Below are positions 25,942 through 36,838 of a stretch of 64,000 bases of DNA, one piece after another. Both the position numbers and the translations under genes were made by a program. Every line of letters starts with the position of its first letter. Position 1 is the first letter of the stretch. Origin of the DNA: Guillardia theta CCMP2712 (lineage: Eukaryota; Protista; Cryptophyta); NCBI RefSeq assembly GCF_000315625.1, contig NW_005434511.1, forward strand, positions 48,001 to 112,000, given 5' to 3'. The notes beneath the pieces were generated by a model that had not been told where the DNA came from, did no database searches, and saw only the letters and a program-made list of their open reading frames with translations.

Positions 25942-26420
25942 AAAGTTGTGGTGTTGAATGGACTAAGGGAGGGATGAATTTTGCAGAAGGAGTCACGATC
26001 TTTGCAGACATCCATGATTAGGAAGAAAGCTTTCAAGACAGCGGTGAAGCAACTCAACGACTACAACATCTTGGAGTTCAAAGAAGATGAGGTGAACGAC
26101 ATTGAGTCCACACATGCTGTTGTAAGCTGTTTCTTATCGTATCTTGTCTCAGTTGCATCATTCTGCCGGCAGCAAGGCCAGTGACAAAACAATCGCGGAA
26201 ACCAATGAAGGGAAGACGAAAGTTGTAAACAAGCAGACAAGCTTGAAGCAACGGGTGATGGTGCAAACAGAGAACAAGAGCAAAGTTGGAGAAAAAGACA
26301 AAGTCTTCACGGCCGTGAAGGCAACAGATGTGAAACCAACTCCTCAAAGTGCGAAGACGGTCATTGCACCAAGAACAGCAAAGCTGCAATGGGATGGGAA
26401 AGGAATCCCTCATTTTTGAA
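24104..26420 (+). CDS. Hypothetical signal-anchored, K/E-rich coiled-coil protein (spliced)
   Basis: ATG 24104 MSWSGTKNGGRLRAVVSLSVLLMVAIIAVASMR; intron 24202-24252 joins in frame to ORF 24269-24964; further exons at ~25268-25760, ~25988-26090 and ~26172-26419; 3' end uncertain. Confidence 0.55.
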
Positions 26421-26944
26421 GCACCGATGATTGAGATGTAACTTTCTTTATTCTTTGATGGTTGGGTGTTTTCCGATCTCAACCAAGATTTTCTTCTCTT
26501 CCATCGTCTTCGTCTCCATCAAAATGTTTGTTTTGAATGTAAATATACAGTGTGGTAATCGCTCCCCAGCTCGTCTTGCGTGTTCATCCTTATCTACACA
26601 TGATCTCCATTGCATCTATCTCCTTTGCCGACGATTGCACGAGGAGTTGGACGAAAATTCGCGCAAGAGCAGAAAGTTTGTCCTGTTGTGATGTCAACAA
26701 GGTTGTCACCTGGACCTCTGAGAGAGTTTCTGATCGATTGAAACCTCCTCCTCCTCTTGCTCTCGTTCTCCTTCTCTGGTCCTGGTCCTGCTCGTTCTCG
26801 TTCTCGTCCCTGCTATCATCATCTTCGTCTACAGTACACTTTCCCCCTTCCCCTCCTCCTCCTCTTCCTCTTCCTCCTCGTCCTCGTCCTACCTCGTCTT
26901 CTCACAGGCTGTTGGCATACTCTTGCTCCATCGCCAGAACTTCA

Positions 26945-28234
26945 TCAGGCTCCATCTCCTGATTGCGCGTCAGCGATGGGGAGACAGGGAGCAGGCGCGA
27001 CTTCGTAGCGGAGAGTTTTCTCGTTGAACTTGAAGGGGACGCAACCTAGCGATCCGTCGAAACGATTCTTGCGAATGTCCAAGTACTGATGATGATGAGA
27101 AGCGAAGAGGAGGAGGAGGAGGGAGGAGGAGGAGGAGGGAGAGGGAGGAAGGCGGAGGAGGGAGCAGGCGGAGGAGGAGAGGCGAAAATTCAGCTTGTGA
27201 TCACGTTTCTGCTACAATGAAAAAGAAGTACCTTGATGGCTCCGTTGGTTTGTAAGATAATCACATTGTCGCTTTCTTGCGTTGCCTTGGCAGTCCCGAA
27301 GATCTGAAAGAAGACAGCAAGTGATGTTAAGCTATCTCCAGCATCATCTTCATCTTCATTGTCATCATCTCCATCATCATCATCACCGAGGAGAGGGTAA
27401 GCAGCTGGCTCTCGTCGTCCTTGCGTGGATGAATCACCTGCGAAATGTCATATTCAAACATCTGAAACATCAGAACATTCAAACACTCCGTTGCAACAAA
27501 GACAATTCAAATTGACAGATAACAATGAAAGATTGAGGATGTTGTGAAAATTTACATTTACAATCATCAGCATGAAGCTCAACAACCGATCTCACTTCCT
27601 TACCAGCGAGATGTGAACATTGAAATCTGTTGCAAACAAGCGAAGTTTGTGAATGGCCTGCAACATCCAGAAATTCATTCCTCCCCCACGTTGAGACTAT
27701 TTTCTGTTAAACCCACCTGATCTAGAATCTTGAACGTGTCACTTTCGCGATAGGCTCCCGATGTCATGAACTGCAAATTGAATCACAAAAAGATGAGAAA
27801 TATGGTGCAGCGAGTTACTTGTAAGTTGTCGAGGACGACATGTTTGACATCTTTGGAGTAGACTGCAAATTCCATCGCGTCGAGAACCTAGAAGAAACGA
27901 GAAGATTCATGTCATTGAGATGATGATCAGGTTGAGCAAGGGAGTACTCGACAACACAGCAGAGTAGAAACAAACACTACAACTTACATCATCGATCAAT
28001 TGTTGCAATTCACATCATCATCCATCGAACACTACAACTTACATCATCAATATCAGTTGTGCCATAATACGACAAGAACCACAACGGCAGCTGTGAAAAT
28101 GCATCCGCCGCATCGTTGAATTCGCGATCAGAGCAACCCTGATATATTCATCAATCAGTTTCATTCGCAATCATTCAAAGCCCATCCAATCTTGTTCAAT
28201 CTCCCTACAAAACTTCTACTGCTAGCTCCTCCTC

Positions 28235-28293
<59 letters not shown>

Positions 28294-30885
28294 GTCTCTC
28301 TCTCTCAATCTTTCTCCTACCTTCTGCCTTCGTCCCCTCCCACATCTTCTTTCTGCCTTCTCCCCCTCATGACTCTCCTCATCTTCTCCTCCGGTCTCCT
28401 CATCTCACCCGCAGCGACTTCTTCGAATGCTGCTGCAGCATCTTTGCGCCGAGACGAGCATTCTTGATCTCAAAACTTCCCCACAGGGTGTGAACTCCTT
28501 GTTCACAGAGGTCGATGCTCAACTGAGACAGCATCGTCGTCTTGCCCTGTGAGAACGAAACAAGTCAAGGTTCAAGGTGGGATGTTGAGGATTGGGGTGA
28601 GATGTGACAAAGATGAGAAAGACGTAAGGTATGAGATAAGAGATAAACAATTTTGACATGTATAATACACTTCATCATTCGCTTTGAGACGGATGTATCA
28701 TATCACACAGTGCAGATGTTTGAATCATGCACATGAGAACGAGAAATCGACCAGACAACTTCACCTGCCCTGTCCTTCCCGTGACTATAGTGAATTCTCC
28801 CGGCCGATGGCCCTGCAAGTCGTCCAAGTCAAAAATAGATCTCACATCAAAAAGCACAAAACGATCACGTTTCCAACATTCATCCTCGAAATCAATAATT
28901 CTTCACTTCCTCTCATCTAAAGTCTCTGCACGTTGTACCTTGAGGATCTTGGTCAAGGTTGGCAGTGCTGATCCGAAAGAAATCCCAGAGATGGAGTTGT
29001 AACTCGTGAGCTGTTCTTGTATCTCCCTCCTGATGTCCTCGAACCGCAGTATGTGATCATGGGGAACAATCTGTGCTTTGGACAGGATTGTCGAGATTTC
29101 GTATTTCCTCTCCTCCTCTTGAAATCTTCGTTTCGTGCTTGCTATCTCCATCTCTGCCATCTTGTATTCCTCACTCTCAGCTGATCTCGACTCCATGATT
29201 CCTAACAGCCTCCTCTCCATCTCTCCTATCTGTAACTTGTGCTCCCTTTGCAAGCTCCGCAGCAACTGAAGCGCATCGTTGGCATCCTTTGGACCACTGT
29301 TACCACCATCTCTACACCAGACGACTTTGCAGCGATGACGGCCGAGTTTCTTCAGACACATCCTGGCTCCTTCTCTTCCAGGAACATCGTCGTCCATCCA
29401 CAGGTATATCTTGGGACTTGTTCAGTGCATGCAAGGCAAAAACAATTCGTGCTCACTGTTTGAAAACGCTCCAGCATCGCAATCAGCTCCACGGGAAGAG
29501 AACTTGCTCCGTTGGGCAAAGACAAACTCGGTAAACCCGTTTCCTGTTGTTCACACGTTATCCAGTGCGTTAAAAGTTCAGCCCATCTAGAACAAACTGA
29601 CAACGTTCGGACAGCCATCGATCAAGGGAATTCATCATCCAACATGCATCAGACACGCATCATTCGCTCTCTTTCGATGTCATCACATGTCAACCTGATA
29701 CACTGTCATCGCATCGATCTCCCCTTCAGTCAGAACAATCTCAGTTGTATCCTCGGACACCGTAGTCCACCTTCACAACAAGTCACAAACGACAATGAGA
29801 CAATGACTTTCTGCAGTCCCCCTCCATCATCACCCGAAGAATCCCCATATGTTTCCCGATGGATCAAGCTTCATGCACTTCTTGTCTTCAATGGCTCGAA
29901 CTTTCACCCGAACCAACTCTGACTCGGTCGGTGAAAACCAGGGAAACGTTACCGACATTAAGTTCCTTCCGTTGAACCTGTTCATCATAGCGCACAAGTC
30001 AGCAAGCCCCGGAAAGACATCGAGAGAGCATAACACGCTGAGCATGAGGAGGAGAAGCATCTCACCGATAGATCGCAACACCAACACAAAACTTCTCCAG
30101 GGTCTTGAGAGTCAGGCATCGTTTCTCCGTCAACCACGCGATAGCAGGCAGGCAGTTTGGAAGGGCTCTCGCGTACTTGCGGAAAACATTCTCATCTCCG
30201 ACCCCAATCTCTGTTCTAGTCTCAAGACTGGATGGAACTCCGTTGACAGGATCGATAGTCCTCTTGGGATCAAACACGGTCGATGCGCTCTGCAAAGTTT
30301 CCTGCAACCACCCTGAGTGAAAGGGACAGGCAGGAATGCCGATGAAGCAATCAAGGAGCAGAGCCATCACACTAATCACCTCATATGCAACTCCTGAGAT
30401 AGCTTTCTTCAGGTCGTACCAGTTGCCTGAAGCGTTACAGCGGAAGCAGGAGTAACTCCCATTCCTCTGGTGAACCCCAAACGTGTACTGGTTTGACGGG
30501 TGCTGCATCAATGTCATGGCGCTGCCGACGAGACTGGAGAGCGTGCGTTACCTCCTTGGATTGCTTCTGACTTTCACTTCCTTTGCAAACACTGGAGGGA
30601 CAGGACTGGATGTTGATCCATTCCCCGTTCCTACACCCACTTTGTGAGATGGAACGCATTCCTATCGGCCACTTGCCTCTTGCAGTTGGTGAAGCCCTTC
30701 CTCTCCAGGAACTCGAGGACAGAACCCATAGGTATCCCTTCATAGTACTTGGACACGAACAACTCGTTCTTGTCCTTCGAGAGCTTGCTAAGGGCAGAAG
30801 CATGAAACCTTCTGCTGCCTCTAGAGGTAGTAAGGCAAGCCGGTCGGATCCTGACCAGCCGACATGCCCCCATAGCAAACTTCAT
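26945..30885 (-). CDS. TWNK: Twinkle-type organellar primase-helicase (T7 gp4-like), multi-exon
   Basis: R/S-rich mitochondrial-type leader; Zn-binding CPSSVC...CFRC; [32 protein letters not shown]; SF4 helicase [58 protein letters not shown]. Confidence 0.93.
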
Positions 30886-31651
30886 TCCTCCTTACTCCAC
30901 CCTCTCCTCCTCTTGAACCTGACTGTACAACCTTCTCTTCCTCCTCCTCGTCCCTTCCCTTCCTCTTTCTCCCCACTCGCTCGCTTTCCCGTCTCCCTGC
31001 CAACCCGCCTTTACCCGCCCAGTACCACCCTACCCCTTCGCCAGGTAGGGAAGGTTACTACCTACCCTTGAAAAATACTCTAATCCTTTAGGAAAAATAC
31101 CCACCCACCATGAGGACTTCAGTACCCCTACCACCTACTATTAACAATTGCAAAGCGTGCAAAAACTCGGACCTTGATGGAGATAAGGGGGGATGAGGGC
31201 CCTGACCGGGCCCGGGCGGTGATCGGACATGACGGTGCCGCCGCACTGAAGAGACTGGTGATCCGGGAGGTCCGGCTGAACCGTTGAACAGAACGGTCCG
31301 AATTCTTGCGGGCACCGTCACTGGTGACCAGTCACCGGACTCGGAGCGCCGCAGCCTTCACTCAGTCGGAGTCCGAGTGAGGGCCGGGCCGGGCCCAGAG
31401 CGAGCGCCGCCGGGCCCGGCCGCAAGTGAGCCTGCGCCAGATTCCCGCCTGCGCCTGGCCTGCGCGGCCGGGCCGGATCTGAGGAGGGATGAGGGGGAGT
31501 GAGAAGCGGCGGATGGGAGGGGCGCGGCAATGCGCGCGGTAGACGAGGGAGGAGGAGGAGGAGGAGAGTGAGCGAGCGAGGGAGCGACGAAGAGGAGGAA
31601 GAAGAAGGATGAGGATTGATATGTGCTGCTTCCTCTGATCATACCTGCGTG

Positions 31652-34600
31652 ATGGCCCTCAACACCAGGGGCTCCTATAGGTCCCACATGCTCCTCCTCC
31701 TCCTGGGGTTAGTTTCCGGTCCGTCCATACGGTCCAGCCAAGCGATCGAGATGGAGCTCGATGCTATGCGTGCCATGCGCACGGCCTCCAGGGTCTCTCC
31801 ATGCTGGAGGCCAGAGGGAGGAAGGAGACTGGAGGGTTGCCACCTGTCGGGCCCACCAACCTTGCGGCTCAAGGGAGGCATGGATCAGAACAAGCTGATG
31901 GAGTTTGAGAGCATCCTAGAGCAGCTGCAGCATCCTGAAGCTACGGCGCAGCAGCGACAACACGCGCAACAGTTTGCTCTCATGCTCCAGAACCCGGTTG
32001 ACCTGTCTGAGATCGACGAAGGCCTCCTCAGCCAGAAGGCCGGCGACGCGAGCGGCAAGCGGCAGCTCGCAGTCCAGAAGCGGATGGCACAACTGCAGCA
32101 CATCCTCGACCACTCAAGATCCGCTACAGCACAAGTGATTGCTTGCAACAGCTTGACAGCGTTGATCACCAACAACTGGGACAACATCACCATCCCACAC
32201 GTGGAGATCAGGAACTACGCGCTGACGTTCCTGTTTGCGCAAGTCGGATCCCCCAGCGTGCCCATGTATGTAGTCAGAGCCATGATGAGGCTGCTGTCAC
32301 GCGTGACGAAACTCGGATGGCTCCAGTGTGACGTTCACCGCAACATCCTTGCAGACCTGAACAGGTTCTACGACGCCTCTGTGGAGCACTACATCATGGG
32401 GCTGCAGATCAAGTACGACTTGGTGGAGGAGATGGACGTACCTGCTCAGACGAGGAAAGAGTATGTTCTCAAGCGCCACTTTCTCGCCTCCGGGCTGCTG
32501 AACATCTTCAAGATCTCCTTGGATACACTGCAAAAGCTGCAAACACAAATGATACCGGATTCTAGAAGGGCGTCCGGTCTTATGGACGCGGCGCTGCAGC
32601 TTGCGATCCGATGCTTGTCATACGATTTCATGGGGCAGTCCAACGAAGAGACTGAATCCTTCTTTCTCCCTGTTCCGATGCAGTGGAAAGCAGAGATCAA
32701 GGATCCCTCCCTCGTTGACCTGTTGTTCAAGGTGTACTACGAGAGTCGCCCTCCGCAGTCATCCCGTGCTCTAGAGCTCCTCATGCTTTTCATCTCAGTG
32801 CCAAGGTTCTCGTTGGACGCGCCAGCAGCCGGCAGCAGAGTCTTCAACGGGATTAAAGACATCTTCCGAGGAGCCGCCGGGCTCGTTGAGCGGGAGAATC
32901 ACCAGACGGTCTGCAAGCTGTTGGGAGCGTATCGTGACCTTGACGTGGTCGGAAGGAGCAAGAAAGTTGTCGAGTACACAGAGTGGCTGTCTCTCGCTGC
33001 GAACTTCACCATCGCCTCCCTCAAGTCCGTTGAGACGCCGACCAACAGCCTTCACTACCTGATGCTGTTCTGGTGGCGGCTAGCTACTCAAGGTCGAAGC
33101 CAGGGCTCGGGGACGAACCTGCTTGCTAGAATCGTTGCGATGCACCAGGCAAACAATGATGACTCTGAATCACAGGAGAAGAACACGCAGGGGATCATAG
33201 AGAAATTCATCCCCGAGGTTGTCAACGCCTACATCCTCGGAAGGCTGGACAGCGTGGAGGCGGCGGCCAACGGCAGGATAGATGATCCCCTGGATGACGT
33301 TGACATGCTGCAGAGTCAGCTCGAGCTGCTTCCTGTCATTGCCAGCAACCAATACGCGGCCATCGGCGGGTGGCTGACAGAAGTCCTCGATCGGACATCG
33401 AAGATGTACGAGGCTGCCATCAGCTCTGGGGCAGCTGGACCGTCGCATATGCTCGAGAAGCAGCTCTCGTGGCTGGTGCGCGTCTGTGCGGCCATGATAG
33501 GTGGGCACTACACGCTCGACACGCAGATCAAGATCGAAGGGGGCCGGGTGCTGCCAACCGCCGTCATGGGTACGAACATGCAGGAGGGCGATGAGATGGT
33601 GGATGCCGACTTGATCTGGAGAATGCTGCAGCTGATGATGCTGATCGAGAGGAGGAACTCTGCTCTCAACCTGGGAAGGTGCGACTACCGCCTTGAGATC
33701 GCCATGCTCTCGTTCATGGACAAGTTGAAGCAAGGGATCTTGTACGTCGACGCTGCTCTAGAGCAGAACAAGGAGTCGGACGAAGACAGCGGCTCCCGAT
33801 ACTCGATGCCTCACTTCCTCCAGAGCCTGCTGGGCAAGAGGATGCAGGTGAATCTTCCCAAGGAGGTATACAAGGAGATCTTTCAGAGGATAGGGCTGGG
33901 AGACCACAAGGACGTTCTCAGCATACTGGTACGAAAGGTCATCACCAACCTCAAGGTCTGGGCGGACAACCCGCTGGTTGTCAAGGAGACTCTGCTGATG
34001 TTTGCTACCATGGTACAAGGTCCAGCAGGAGGGAATGCAGCTCGGATGCTGCTGGACTTGGAGGTGACGAAGAGCCTTCTTGTCAACCACAACGGGGAGC
34101 ACGTGGCATTCCTCTCTTACCCCGTGAACGCCAAGCAGCGGACTACCTACTACCTCACCCTCATGCAGCTTCTCGTGACCAACCCCGAGGACCCCGATGC
34201 CTCTGGAGCCTTCGAAGCGTTCCTCCACCCTCTGCTCTCCACCATGGCGTATCTCAACAGCATGTCCAGCTTGCGAACCGAGGAGGCAAAGTTCGCCATC
34301 ATCGGGCTGGCAAGAGACCTCCGAGGGATCGCGTGCGCGTCCAACGTCAGGCTCTTTCCCATCCTCTTTGAATCTCTATACCCCAGCTACCTCCCCCTCT
34401 TCACCCGCGCCCTGGACGTCTGGCACGACGACCCGGCCGTGACTGTCGCTGTACTCAAGTTCTGGATGGAGATGGCAGAGAACAAGGAGGAGAGGATCAG
34501 GTTCGACGCCGCGTTCCCCGGAGGCCTCCTCCTCTTCAAGGAGATGTCTCGATCGATCACTACGTACGCCCACCATTTGCTCAACCAGGGGCCCCTGCCC

Positions 34601-36684
34601 GAGGGAGTGGACGCGTACAAGGCCAGGTACAAGGCCCTGGGAGTGTGCATGGCGAGCGTTTCTTTGGCCATATCAGGGGAGTACGTCTCCTTCGGAGCGT
34701 ACACGCTCTACGGCGACCAGATCGCAGAGGAGGTGGTTTCTGTGCTGGTCCAGCTGGCCCTGTCGATCCCCGAGCGGGAGCTGCTCGCCTTCCACAAGGT
34801 CGCCACCTCCTTCTACTCCTTCATCGAGGCTCTCCTCCGCCATGCCATGTCCATGGTGATCGCGCTCGAGACCAACACCGTCGTCAAGCTCCTTCAGGTC
34901 TGACTGGCATGAGTTGCTCCTTCTCCTTCCCTTGCTCCTGCTCTTGCTCTTCCTCTTGCTTCACCTTCTCTTCCTCCTGCTTCTCGTCTTGGTCCTGGTT
35001 CTTCATCTCGTGTTCCTCCACCTCGTCCTCTTCCGTTGACTTGACAGTTGCTTCCTGCGCAGTTTCTCCATCATGGCCTTGCCAACGCCCTCCAGCAGAA
35101 CGTTCACATCCTATGTGCGAGGAGCATCGACCGTTTTGCTGCCTTCCTCTTCAGGAACAAACACCGCCAGACCTCTCTCGCTAACCGAATGCGCCTTCAC
35201 ATGGAGCAGGTACCATCTCACTTCTTGTCCTGTCCCTCCCTCTCCCCCTCCTCTCCTCTCACTTGTCGGTCACGGAGGCTCTCCCAGTCTCCTCCCCCTT
35301 CCTCAGCAGCTCCCACATTCTGCTCACTCCTCCCTCCCTAACCTTCTCCCCCCCCCTCCCTCCCCCCTTGCCTTCTTTCCAGTCCCTCCCCTTGTCCTCC
35401 CTCCCCTTGTCCTCCCTCCCCTTGTCCTGCTCCCCTTCTTCTCTCCTCCTCTCCACCTTCCTCTCCCTTTTCCCCTCCCTCCCCTGATTCGTTTCCTTCA
35501 GGTTCCAACTTTGCTAGAGGACCTGCAGCTTGTGCTCTTGAAGCAGATCATCACCGACGAGCACATCGAGCTTGGGATCCTGTCGCACCCTCTTCTCTCC
35601 CTTATCCTCGCGTCCGAATCTGGTTTCACCAGGGTCTCTAGCAAGGTCTTGCTCCCCTGTCCTCGCGTTCGCTCCTTCGTCCTCCTCGTCCCTCCGCGTT
35701 GTCCTCGTCGTCTCCGCTCCCTTCCCTTTGGACACCCTGCCTCCTCCTCTTGTCTTCCCTTCGTTCTCTCTCTCTCTCTCCTTCCCTTCCTGCCTCAATC
35801 TTTCTCCCTCCTTCCTCCTTGCTCCCACTTGCTCTCTCCTTTTCCTTCTTTTCCCTTCACCTCCTCTTGTTTCTCTCTTTCCTTCTCTTCCTCTCCCTCT
35901 TGTTCTCCTTCCCTCGCTCTCGTCTCTCCTCAGACTTTGTTCTGCTCTTCTCCTCTGGCTCTAACGATGCTTCAGTTCGTGTCCAACCAGCCGGCCGAAG
36001 AAAGAGCCTCAGTCGCCGAGGCGTTCGGAGAATTGATGCAGGGTAACCATGAGTGAAGAGTGGGAGGAGCAGAAAGGAGGGGGGGGGGGAGTGGGGGAGA
36101 GAGGGAGGAGGAGGACAGGATATCCGAGGAGGAAGGACGAGGAGCGGGCAGAAGCGAGGAGAGGGGAAGGAGAGTGTGGAGGGACGGTTGAGAGACGTTG
36201 AGCCTGAGGGAACATGGGGGGGGGGGAGAGGGGGAGAGAGGGAAAGGGTTGATGGGAGGGAAGGGGAGAGGACGATCGGAAATGAAGAGCTTGCAAGGAA
36301 AGGACAGGGGATATGGAGGAGGGGAGAGGAAAGGGGCGTGTGGAGAGAAGAAGAGCAGCGAGTTGGTTTCACGTGATCGAGTTTGTGCTCAGGTGTTGAA
36401 AGGAATCTTGAGATGTCAAACAGAAGGACGTTCTTGATGAACGTTCAGGTCGATTCCTTCACTTTACCCCTGCCCCCTTCTCCCCTTCCCCTCGTCTTGC
36501 GTCTTCGACGCCGCCCTCCCCTCCTCCTCTCTCTTCTCCACTGTTCCACATCTCCTTCCCTCTCCACCTCCTCCCCTTGCCTTGTTCCCCCTTGCTCCCA
36601 CTTCCGCTCTCCTCCTCTCCTAACCATGTTCTCCAGAGCTATCGTAGGATCATGAAATCAGCGGCTGGGCTGAACTTAGACTGA
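31652..36684 (+). CDS. XPO7: Exportin-7/RanBP16-17-like karyopherin with an N-terminal signal-peptide + transit-like leader
   Basis: EIRNYAL, RVTKLGW, CLSYDFMG, RKVITNLKVW, RDLRGI, VLKFWMEMAENKEERIRFD, YKARYK, GEYVSFGAYTLYGD, SHPLLSLIL, GVERNLEMSNRRTFLMN; ~3.2 kb first exon, then short exons ending SYRRIMKSAAGLNLD*. Confidence 0.88.
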
Positions 36685-36838
36685 GCCCAGCAGGTGCAGA
36701 GCTGAGAACTGGGGTAGGAGGCTGATATGAGTTGGTTTTTGTTGTTTCATGAAACGGAGGGTAAGGGAAAACTATCGGGAAATCTCCCAGTGAATTCTCC
36801 CCTGCTCTCGCGCGTCAGTTCAGGTTGACAAGGGCTTG

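Noticed and set aside
31700-31880. True ubiquitin or UBL fusion upstream of LRLKGG/LRLRGG
   Set aside because: The preceding residues show no ubiquitin-fold pattern, and the 41091 leader is too short (46 aa); only the tail motif is present
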